DNA of 64,000 nucleotides from an uncultured Oscillospiraceae bacterium (GCA_947626585.1 CANQSU010000001.1:11768-75767); one strand, 5' to 3'. Positions 28,810 through 36,900 are shown, numbered from the stretch's first letter. The notes: generated from the letters alone by a model not told the origin. Made by a program: numbers and translations.

Positions 28810-29112
28810 TCACCAGTTGATCTTGAGTTTTTCCTCGTCGACCTTTGGCGCCTTTTCCTTTTCGTAATAGGGACAGTTGAATGCCTTGGCCATCAGGATG
28901 GCTTCCGGCTTTTCGTTGTTCTTGTACTGCATGCAGTTCTGAAAGTGATAGGGGATCCGGTGTTCGCAGGTGAAGCACTGGGAGTGCACGATCCGGCTTA
29001 CCTGTTCGTTTAGGCCGTCGTCGATTGCCCATTGCTCCTGGAGCGATAATTGATGTACGCCGGGGCGAAGCCGGTTCACGAGTCTTTTTAGAAATCCTGG
29101 TTTCTTCGTCAT
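28810..29112 (-). CDS. small Cys/His-rich protein
   Basis: Track ORF 28810..29181 trimmed to MTKKPG behind AAAGGAAAA. Contains CFTCEH and NCMQY ... NCPYY. Confidence 0.45.
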   Translation of the reverse strand: MTKKPGFLKRLVNRLRPGVHQLSLQEQWAIDDGLNEQVSRIVHSQCFTCEHRIPYHFQNCMQYKNNEKPEAILMAKAFNCPYYEKEKAPKVDEEKLKINW

Positions 29113-29181
29113 CTGTTTTCCTTTCTGGGATCCTGAAAGACGGCCGCCATTTATGATAACATAGACGGCGGCCGCCCGCAA

Positions 29182-30864
29182 TCAGATCTTGGACAAAATC
29201 ACGGAACGCGCCACGGGCGCCATGTCGGCGGGGCTGGCGATGCGGAGCTTGTCCTCGTCAGGGATGCCGAGGTCGTCCGGGATGGACGCGTATTTCGAGT
29301 GCTCGGCCTTCATGGACGCCACCATGCCGCGGACCATGCGTTCCGCGCCGTCGACCATTTCGGATGCGGACAGGGCGCGGATGGAGATCTTCGTCTGGGA
29401 GACCGGGTCACGGCGTGCGGCGAAGCCGATGGAACGGGACTGGTCGGAATCCTCGGAAACACAGAAAACGATGCATTTGCCGATGTCCACGGTCCGGTTG
29501 TCGGCGTATTTGATCAGTCCCGTCCCCATGGCGGACTCGAAAAAGTCGCGGACGACCGGGTGGCCCTTGTCCATGTTGTCGAGGATGATGATCTTCCTGG
29601 GGTTGGATTCCACGATGTCGAAGGGCATCTCCTGGCGGGAGTCGGAGCCGACGTAACCCATGGGCGAGCCGATAATTCTGTTCAGGCTGGGGGCGTCGGA
29701 ATAGTCCGCCAGGTCCAGGTACACCGGCTGCTCGTCGATGAGGGCGGCAGCCTGCTGGACCAGGGTGGTGCGGCCGGACTTGGGGTCGCCTTTGATATCA
29801 ATGCGGAACGGCTTGCCGGTGGGGAACAGGGCGTCGAAACGGACGTAGTCGCTGACCGTCTCATAGAGGTGGTCGATCACGTCGTCCCGGAAAAAGATCT
29901 TATCCTTTACAGCGTCGAAATCCGCGGGGACCGTGAAGCCCTGGCCCTTATTGTAGTTCTCCACGTGGGCCGCGTTGATGACCAGGGGCGTCGACTGCAT
30001 GTGCTGCTTGAGGGCGTCGTCTGTGCAGGTCATGATGTTGGCGTTACGCTGCAGCAGGGTGCTGGCGCAGACCTGGTCCAACAGCGTGATGGCATTGTCG
30101 GGACGGTGGCAGGTGATGGTCTTGGACTTTTCCGCCGCCTGGACGACCTTCATGGCCAGTCCGTTGGCAAAGCCGACGCCGTAGTGGGACGCCAGGGCCG
30201 GCATGGTGACCGTTTCGATGATGTCACGGGTCTGGTCCATGGAGAGCTCGCAGACCTGGACCTTGTTGAACCTCCGGTTGAAGGCGGGGTCTTCTAATAA
30301 AGACTTGGACTCTTGCAGGGTCGTGGCGCCGATCATCTTGATGCCGCCGCGGGCCATGGCAGGCTTGAGCATCTGGGAGACGCTGTCGTAGCCATGGCCG
30401 CCGCAGAGCTGGTGGATCTCGTCGATGAACAGGATGACTTTGTTGGACTCGCAGTACTCGACCACGGAGCGGACCTTCTCTTCGAGCTGGCCGCGGAAGC
30501 TGGTGCCGGCCATGAGGCTGGACAGGGGCAGCTCGTAGACGGTATAGTCGTTGAGCATGGACGTGTACGGGCTTTTCATGGCAATGAGCCGGGCGATCTC
30601 CTCGACAATGGCGGTCTTACCGGTGCCGGGGGCGCCCACAAGGAGCGAGCAGGACTTTTTGGACATCATCAGCTGGGAGACGACCTGGAAAACCTCGTGG
30701 TCGCGGTGTTTGACGGGCATGGCCTTGGCAAACTTCTTGTTGTAGTCGATGAGGAGCTCGGTGACGCCGGAGGCGTCCTGGGCCGCCTGGGCAGGCGTTA
30801 CGGCACCCGGAGGCGGCATGGAACCGGGAGCCTGGTTCTGATTATTTCTGAAGTCGAAAGGCAT
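29182..30864 (-). CDS. Clp/Hsp100-family AAA+ ATPase (ClpA/ClpB/ClpC-like, second module degenerate)
   Basis: LLVGAPGTGKTAIVEEIA (Walker A), VILFIDEIHQL (Walker B) and IGATTLQESKSLLEDPAFNRRF (Clp D1 signature). The second half has GDPKSGRTT and IIILDNMDK. Confidence 0.85.
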   Translation of the reverse strand: MPFDFRNNQNQAPGSMPPPGAVTPAQAAQDASGVTELLIDYNKKFAKAMPVKHRDHEVFQVVSQLMMSKKSCSLLVGAPGTGKTAIVEEIARLIAMKSPYTSMLNDYTVYELPLSSLMAGTSFRGQLEEKVRSVVEYCESNKVILFIDEIHQLCGGHGYDSVSQMLKPAMARGGIKMIGATTLQESKSLLEDPAFNRRFNKVQVCELSMDQTRDIIETVTMPALASHYGVGFANGLAMKVVQAAEKSKTITCHRPDNAITLLDQVCASTLLQRNANIMTCTDDALKQHMQSTPLVINAAHVENYNKGQGFTVPADFDAVKDKIFFRDDVIDHLYETVSDYVRFDALFPTGKPFRIDIKGDPKSGRTTLVQQAAALIDEQPVYLDLADYSDAPSLNRIIGSPMGYVGSDSRQEMPFDIVESNPRKIIILDNMDKGHPVVRDFFESAMGTGLIKYADNRTVDIGKCIVFCVSEDSDQSRSIGFAARRDPVSQTKISIRALSASEMVDGAERMVRGMVASMKAEHSKYASIPDDLGIPDEDKLRIASPADMAPVARSVILSKI

Positions 30865-31049
30865 GGCAATATTCCTCCTATGAGGCCCGCATTGTCATAC
30901 GAGCCTGTGATTTTGTGCGGCGCGTTCGTGCATGACGCATGGTTTTACCTTGATTCATAGCGAAAATTCGGAAAGGGCGGAGAGAAAGAACAACATTGGG
31001 GAACTTGGACTGGGATCGAGGATTTCATGATTGGTGACCATCCCGGGTT

Positions 31050-32340
31050 CCAGCGACGGATTTGGGAAGCAGGTCCATCGATGCGGCCCGCGGAGCTTGA
31101 GTCCGGAGCTTGGTTTCGAACCTGTCGTCCTGAGGAGGATGATCTCGACATCAACGATGACACTGAAGAGAGGATCCTGGAACGAGTTCGACGCCAAAGG
31201 ACCCTGGACTGCTGTAGGCCTCATCGGACGACAGCTGTATCGCGAAGCCACCGCGTGGTTCTGATGATCATCAGGATCTTCGCAGCGCTACGCGTTCATC
31301 CAGGAGCCTGCCTGGTAAGCATGTCTCATGAGATCCGGATCCACAGCATCTGGCAGCCTGAGCTTCTCCAGGTAACCAGTGTCGTACGGCAGGGTACCCT
31401 GCCGGCATGATCATGATCATGATCGTCGACCAGCTGGCATCGTTGGAATCTCGATCGCGATGTCGACTGCAAGTCCCTTCAGTGCACTATACTCCTCAGC
31501 TCTGCTGGAGACGCGTCTTCTTGCAGGTACCTTAGGTATCCGAAGAGCAACTGGAGTGCGTGCCCGCACGGAATGCCGTCTTCATCACAGCGTTCGCCAG
31601 GCCGGCTTCCGCGGATCCACGCATTGCTGCACCCGGAGGTCGCTGACTGATCAGTCGGATTTAAGCCTGCCAGGCACGAGTACTGCAGACCGAGTCTGGC
31701 GAGCCCTCAGGTCACCGGTATCCTGCTGCCTTCAGCTCAGCTCACTCGGGGCCTTGAGCCACGAGACGTCTTCAACGTTGCCGACCACCGTCACTTCAGT
31801 GGGCACCTAGGTGCTTGACATGCATGTCATTTGGTTCGCAATAATCCATCCCAGGCGTTATTCGTACGTTGTTCGTAATAATTACGAACATGTTCGTCAC
31901 CCGGGTTGCCGGACGAGCATGCCTTCGCACTGCGGATCCGCACCAGCTGGTAATCCGTCCTTACGGCCGTGATCACAACCAGTGATCTCCGGGATATCCC
32001 GCGGCTGTCACACTCAGTGCCGCGCGCAGGTAGATCTGTGACTGGGTCCTTAGCGACCTGACCGGACGTCAGATTCCATGATCATGGATTCTTCGTCCAC
32101 ACCATGGTTTCGAGATGAGCTCGCCATCGGCGCCTTGAGGCACCAGTGGCCATACCTGTACAGGTCAGACGCCTACGTCCCCAGATCCACGTGACTATCT
32201 GTCACCCAGAGACCGTTTGGAGTCTAATTATCCCGAATCCTGAAGGGGAGGCTGGAATGCGCATCCCAGGTATCCGGATCCGGGCCTGACCCCCGTCTTA
32301 TTTCGCTTCCTTCCTCCGGTCCCGCAGGGATCCGGAGGAA
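31050..32340. other. ORF-poor tract densely packed with perfect spacer-less palindromes (10-19 bp)
   Basis: Direct reading finds at least 14 perfect palindromes of 10 bp or longer between 31261 and 32283 (listed in the findings), plus many 6-8 bp ones. The track has no minus-strand ORF of 60 aa or longer between 31252 and 32634. Confidence 0.8.
31861..31900. promoter_or_regulatory. operator-like cluster of GTTCGT half-sites
   Basis: TTCGTACGTTGTTCGTAATAATTACGAACATGTTCGTCAC contains four TTCGTA/GTTCGT-type half-sites, including the 19-bp dyad GTTCGTAAT-A-ATTACGAAC (31871-31889). Confidence 0.4.
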
Positions 32341-32606
32341 GACGCACGCCTGCGCCGCACTCCCTGCGCCGGGAATGCGGTGTTATCATTGTTTTTTTTT
32401 CCGGCAGTCCGGCCCTGTCTCGTGGCTATACTGCAGGGCAAGTACAACGGTAAACGCAAAGCGGAACGCGGCCGAGGTGGCGCTTTTCATCGCCAATCCC
32501 CAATGCCGGCCCGGAATTGGTCCATTCAATCGTTTTCCGAAGTTAACGCGTCCGCCCCCCTCTATCCTATGGGGCGGACGCGTGCGGCCGTCTTGCCGGT
32601 TTCTTT

Positions 32607-32628
32607 CCAGCCGAGACGCTGGTTTTTT
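32607..32628 (+). terminator. plus-strand rho-independent terminator facing the reverse transcriptase operon
   Basis: CCAGC-cgagac-GCTGG followed by TTTTTT on the plus strand. The minus-strand reading has no U-run after the stem. Confidence 0.5.
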
Positions 32629-32634
32629 ATGCCG

Positions 32635-33270
32635 TCAGTTCAGACCGGGAACGGCGTTCAGCCGCTGCGTGTACAGCGCATGGCAGAGCCGGAAGAGCCG
32701 GTCGTCCACGGTGTGGTCCATGTCGGCCACGACCTCCATGGCACATTTCTTGAGCAGCGAGAGGGACTGTTCCGGGGTGGAGCATTTCGGCATGAGGAAG
32801 CCCTCGTATTTGATCCCGTAGGACAGGGTCACGAAGGCGCCGGTGTTCATCCAGCAGGACTTGTAGGTGTCCGGGCAGGAATACCTGTACTTGGCCTCGA
32901 ACGCCTTCACGTCCCGGCGGACGTTCTCAAGGGTCGGCTTATTTGACTTCCGGGGCGACGCCCAGAGGGTGAAACGGGCGCATAGCCGGTCCGCGTCACG
33001 GGCCAGGACCTTCTCATCCACCCCGGTGCCGGACATGGACATGACGATCTCGTCGACCATGTCCGTGAAGGCACGCTTGGGCCAGAAGAGGGAGTTCTCG
33101 GCCACGTGGTTCAGGGCGTCGTTCAGGTACTGTTTGCGCGTGCTGGAAAACCAGTAACGGCAGTAGCAGTCCAGCGCGGCGTCCGGGTCCTTGTGCAGGG
33201 CCAGGTCCATGGAACGGATGAAGTTGTCCCGGGTGGCCCTGCCGTTCACTTGTTTCCCAAGGTATTTCAT
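32635..33270 (-). CDS. hypothetical protein co-transcribed with the reverse transcriptase
   Basis: Track ORF 32635..33327 trimmed to MKYLGKQ behind AAAGGAG. It starts 19 nt after the RT stop. No family recognised. Confidence 0.58.
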   Translation of the reverse strand: MKYLGKQVNGRATRDNFIRSMDLALHKDPDAALDCYCRYWFSSTRKQYLNDALNHVAENSLFWPKRAFTDMVDEIVMSMSGTGVDEKVLARDADRLCARFTLWASPRKSNKPTLENVRRDVKAFEAKYRYSCPDTYKSCWMNTGAFVTLSYGIKYEGFLMPKCSTPEQSLSLLKKCAMEVVADMDHTVDDRLFRLCHALYTQRLNAVPGLN

Positions 33271-33289
33271 GTTTGGCAATATCTCCTTT

Positions 33290-34597
33290 CTACATGGCGT
33301 CCATGCCCATGGCACGGCTTCCGGCAAGCATCAGATTCGCATACGTGGTGTACGCCGCCGGCGCGTTCCGGTACAGGGACCTCATATAGGTAAGCGGCGT
33401 ATAGCCGTCGATGTGCGGGCGCTTTTTACGGTTTTCCGTGACGTTGCGGCCGCGCCCGCGCTGGATCACGCCGCCGTTCCCAGACTTGTTATATCCCAGG
33501 CCGCCCAGTTTCGTGCGGCCGGTGTCGCAGGCGCGCAGGCAGTCCAGGATGTAGGCATCCATCTGCTTCAGGTCCTGGACCGAAGTCAGGACCGGCAGGA
33601 TCCCTTCGGCGTAGCCGTAGCCGGATTCGCCCTTCTCGTAAAGCCACGAGGCGATCCGCGGCATGGCCTTTTCCGAGCCGGCGGGGTGCGCGGCGTCGAT
33701 GGTCCGGTCCCGGACGGCCTTCTGGAAGTTCCCGAGGCGTTTCTTTGACAGGGATATTTCCCCGTCACGCAGGGAAAAGCCGAGGAAGGTGAACCATTTG
33801 TCGTTGGTGAGCCGCTCGATCTTCTTCTGGTTCATGGACAGGCCCATGTCTTTCAGCATTTCAGAGCATGCCTCGAACGCGGCGTCGGCATGGGGTCCCA
33901 GGATCAGGATGTCGTCACTGTAGCGCCAGAAGCCAACGTCCAGCCTTGACATGGCGTCGTCCACCGGGTACAGGACGGAGTCCGCCAGGAAGGACGCCAC
34001 GGCACAGCCCTGGCGCAGGCTGGTGTACTTCTCGAACATGTGCCCGTCCAGCGCCTGGAGCCGGTCGTCGTGGTAATAAATATCTAACAGTGTCAGCAAT
34101 GCCGACGGGCCGAGGCGCGAGGCGACGGCTTCGAATACCTGTTCGATGTATTTCCGGTCGACCGTGTCGAAATACTTGGACAGGTCGATCTTCCAGCCGA
34201 TGTGGTCGAGACTTTGGCAGCTGGCCTTGATATATCTTGCCACTTCCCGGGCAACCTTGCCGCAGCCGACGCCTGATTTATAGGACATGCAGGACGGGTG
34301 GACCATGTCGGGACAGTAGCGGAACAGGGCCTCGTTGATCGCCGCGAACAGGATCCGGTCCTCGGCGGCGTTGACGTAGACGGTCCGCATGGTGCCGTCG
34401 TCCTTGGGGACCTGGGCCTCGTGGGGCGGCTTGATGGATTTCTTCCCGTCCTGGATCCTGGATTTCAGGGCGTCCCGATAATTCGGGTCGGTGAAGTCCT
34501 CCAAAATTTTTGTCTTGATGTGTTTTTCGGCGCCGCCGGCGATGGCTTTTTCCCAGATCGCATCATCGTCGAACAGCCTGTCAAGAAACGCGTCCAT
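33290..34597 (-). CDS. reverse transcriptase (RNA-directed DNA polymerase), class unassigned
   Basis: RT motifs VPKDDGTMRTVYV, AEDRILFAAI, KIDLSKYFDTVD, LRQGCAVASFLAD, RYSDDILILG, GLSMNQKKIE and FTFLGFSL. AAAGGAGG RBS. Confidence 0.88.
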   Translation of the reverse strand: MDAFLDRLFDDDAIWEKAIAGGAEKHIKTKILEDFTDPNYRDALKSRIQDGKKSIKPPHEAQVPKDDGTMRTVYVNAAEDRILFAAINEALFRYCPDMVHPSCMSYKSGVGCGKVAREVARYIKASCQSLDHIGWKIDLSKYFDTVDRKYIEQVFEAVASRLGPSALLTLLDIYYHDDRLQALDGHMFEKYTSLRQGCAVASFLADSVLYPVDDAMSRLDVGFWRYSDDILILGPHADAAFEACSEMLKDMGLSMNQKKIERLTNDKWFTFLGFSLRDGEISLSKKRLGNFQKAVRDRTIDAAHPAGSEKAMPRIASWLYEKGESGYGYAEGILPVLTSVQDLKQMDAYILDCLRACDTGRTKLGGLGYNKSGNGGVIQRGRGRNVTENRKKRPHIDGYTPLTYMRSLYRNAPAAYTTYANLMLAGSRAMGMDAM

Positions 34598-34614
34598 GCG
34601 GCGCCTCCTTTCGA

Positions 34615-34848
34615 TTAAATTTTACGGATCTCGTCTATCCCGTACAGGATCTCCCGCAGGGCATTGTTGTTGAGCGATACGAAGACCGAACCGGTGTCGG
34701 CGACAAATTTCACGGTTCCACGGTCACCAGGCTTCAGGTCCGTGAGCGGGTCAGCCGTTGAGACCAGTTCGATACGGGTCCCGGGCGGGTATTCGGCACG
34801 GAGCCTGTCAACGGTTTCCCTGGTTGGATATACGCACTGGCCGCCCAT
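34615..34848 (-). CDS. DUF4314-like small protein
   Basis: Track ORF 34615..34995 trimmed to MGGQCVYPTRE. RLRAEYPPGTRIELVSTADP...LKPGDRGTVKFVADTGSVFVSLNN...LYGIDEIRKI matches my recollection of the DUF4314 pattern. Confidence 0.6.
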   Translation of the reverse strand: MGGQCVYPTRETVDRLRAEYPPGTRIELVSTADPLTDLKPGDRGTVKFVADTGSVFVSLNNNALREILYGIDEIRKI

Positions 34849-34849
34849 G

Positions 34850-35245
34850 TCACGAAAGCCCCCATGTTTTCCTGAAATCCGCGACGTCCTCCGGGGCGAA
34901 CTCCGCGAGCCGGTCCAGGTCGAACCGGAAGACCGGGTACATGCCCATGCCGGAGAACGCGGTCTTTCCCGTGTCCTCGGCCAGGCGGTTGTCACGGATG
35001 AACTTCAGGACTTGGCGACGCATGTCGCCCGTAATGGCAGACTCGCCGGGCTCCATGGGGAATTCCGGGATGTTGACCGTCAGGTCGGCAACGGAGCCGG
35101 GACAGCCGTCCCCGTCATCACCGATGAGCCCGACGAACAGGCGGCCGTTGTCGCTGTATTTGGCGACCTCGATGCCGACCTTTTCGATGCGGCCGTTATA
35201 TCCGAGGTCGAAATCAAGGTTGTATTCCTGCTTTTCTTCTGCCAT
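34850..35245 (-). CDS. DUF4313-like protein
   Basis: GIEVAKYSDNGRLFVGLIGDDG...ADLTVNIPE...VLKFIRDNRLAEDTGKTAFSGMGMYPVFRF matches my recollection of the DUF4313 pattern seen in Firmicutes conjugative elements. Confidence 0.55.
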   Translation of the reverse strand: MAEEKQEYNLDFDLGYNGRIEKVGIEVAKYSDNGRLFVGLIGDDGDGCPGSVADLTVNIPEFPMEPGESAITGDMRRQVLKFIRDNRLAEDTGKTAFSGMGMYPVFRFDLDRLAEFAPEDVADFRKTWGLS

Positions 35246-35316
35246 GCCGATACCTCCTCATCTGGAAATTTGCATGGAAAACCCCGGTCCTGCGTGTCAC
35301 AGGGCCGGGGCGGGTT

Positions 35317-36900
35317 TCAGAACAGCACGCGCCATGGGTTGGGCAGCCTGTTGGCGAACTTCTCGGCATAAGACACCGAGGTGTCCTTGGTCGGGATGTA
35401 GTACAGGTTCTCCGGGTGCTTGATGTACCGGGGGACGTCCACATAGAAGTCCGAGATCAGGATGGACAGCTGGCGGCGGTTCTTTTTGGTCGCGTTGATA
35501 TAGTTCCAGACCTGGTCGATGGTGGTGCCGCCGGAGAGCTTGGGGATCTTCTCGATGTCCCGCTGGATCTGCGCCTGGGACCGGTTGCGGCAGCGGACGA
35601 CGGCCTCCTGGGAAATGTCCGTGGTGAAGCTGTTGAAGTAGATGTCGCAGTTGAGCTTCTTGGCGATGTCGATGATCATGGCCACGGAATCCTCGTAGTC
35701 CTTCTGGGAGATGGACCCGGAGGTGTCGACGTACAGGTGGATGTCCGGGTAGTACCCCAGGTCCATGCTGACGCCGGGCAGGTCGGGGTTCATGGGTTCG
35801 CGCCGGTTCGGCCTCTGGAACGTGTCGAAGTTATGATAGGTCGGGTTCTTGGAAACGTCGACGTTCTTCATCTTCTTTTCGATCTTCATGATCTTCTTCC
35901 GGACGCGGGCCATGTTGATGTTCTTGATGGCGAACTTGCCGGTGGAAGCCGAGAGCGACGACTTTGCCAGGACGTTGTTCAGCTGGTTCTGCAGGACGTT
36001 CATCTTCTGCATGGCCTTGTTGACGGTGCCGAGGCTGGCCATCTTGGCGAAGCTCAGGATGCGGGACTTGTCCAGCGCGGCCAGCTTGCCGACGTCGTTC
36101 TTCGCGGCCAGGAGCTCGGAGCTGGTGGCGCGGGAGAGCTTGCGGGCGTTGAAGGCCACGACCATGCTGGGCAGCAGGGACTCGATGGTCCGTGTCGGGA
36201 GGATCCGGTCCGCCCAGGCCTTGGTCAGCGCCGAGGTGATGATGCGCGCCTCGGAGTCCGGGTCGCAGCTTGCGTCCATGAGCTTGTAGTCGCTGCGCAG
36301 GATCAGGCCGTCGAAGACCTTGTTCTGCAGGTTGAAGTCCGTCGGGATCTCCTGCTTGCCGGCGGCCTTCAATAACGGGTTCACCATGGCCCGGAAGTTC
36401 TGGGCGTCCTGGTCGTCGTCCATGAGGACGAAGATGGCGTTGACGTTGTTGTAAAACGCGCCCAGGTTGGCCAGCAGCGCCGAGCGGTCCTGCTGGGACT
36501 TTGTCTGGTCGTAGAGCTTTGCCGCGTCGGACACGTCCGAGACGACGTAGACGACCTTGGCGCTGGGCTCGGGCAGGTGGTTCGCGCGCAGCATCTGGGA
36601 CAGGTAGACCGTGTCGATCTTGCCGTTGGCGTAGCCGGCCAGGCAGTTGGTGAAGATGGTGTCCAGGTCGCCCTGGGCTTGGCGGTCCACCAGGTTGGTG
36701 ATGATGGCGTTGGCGAAGATCTGCTTGCACAGGTCCGTCTCGTCCTGGGACAGGGCTTGGCAGGCGATGTCGTCGAACATCTGGTCCAGGATCTTGTCAA
36801 GCTCGTCGTTGATGTCCGTGCCGGAGTCCTGCTGGTATAGCTTCAGGGGCTGCAGGCTGTTGACCTGCAGTTTCCCCACGATCGTTTTCAGATCAGGCAT
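35317..36900 (-). CDS. von Willebrand factor A (VWA) domain protein
   Basis: C-terminal MIDAS motif HLYVDTSGSIS, then KLSGGTTI and SILISDF. Long helical N-terminal region. Confidence 0.72.
   Translation of the reverse strand: MPDLKTIVGKLQVNSLQPLKLYQQDSGTDINDELDKILDQMFDDIACQALSQDETDLCKQIFANAIITNLVDRQAQGDLDTIFTNCLAGYANGKIDTVYLSQMLRANHLPEPSAKVVYVVSDVSDAAKLYDQTKSQQDRSALLANLGAFYNNVNAIFVLMDDDQDAQNFRAMVNPLLKAAGKQEIPTDFNLQNKVFDGLILRSDYKLMDASCDPDSEARIITSALTKAWADRILPTRTIESLLPSMVVAFNARKLSRATSSELLAAKNDVGKLAALDKSRILSFAKMASLGTVNKAMQKMNVLQNQLNNVLAKSSLSASTGKFAIKNINMARVRKKIMKIEKKMKNVDVSKNPTYHNFDTFQRPNRREPMNPDLPGVSMDLGYYPDIHLYVDTSGSISQKDYEDSVAMIIDIAKKLNCDIYFNSFTTDISQEAVVRCRNRSQAQIQRDIEKIPKLSGGTTIDQVWNYINATKKNRRQLSILISDFYVDVPRYIKHPENLYYIPTKDTSVSYAEKFANRLPNPWRVLF

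Noticed and set aside
31027-31810. Plus-strand ORFs 31027..31410, 31031..31264 and 31379..31810, and minus-strand ORFs 30945..31163 and 30955..31251, within the palindromic tract
   Set aside because: They have no RBS and implausible composition (Arg/Cys/His/Ser-rich). They overlap each other and are interrupted in every frame. I treat the tract as non-coding, though a decayed pseudogene cannot be excluded without homology searches.
33290-34597. Diversity-generating retroelement (DGR) interpretation of the RT
   Set aside because: Motif 4 is QGxxxS rather than the DGR-type (I/L)GxxxSQ. The fingers region has the IPK-like VPKDDG motif. I found no template/variable repeat pair or Avd-like small gene nearby. 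This rests on visual inspection only.
30865-35300. Group II intron interpretation of the RT region
   Set aside because: The RT is flanked within 20 nt by ordinary CDSs on both sides. I saw no GUGYG 5' end and no domain V-like hairpin (the GTACGG-containing palindrome at 31387 is a perfect dyad, not domain V). The catalytic box is YSDD rather than YADD. A covariance-model search is still needed.
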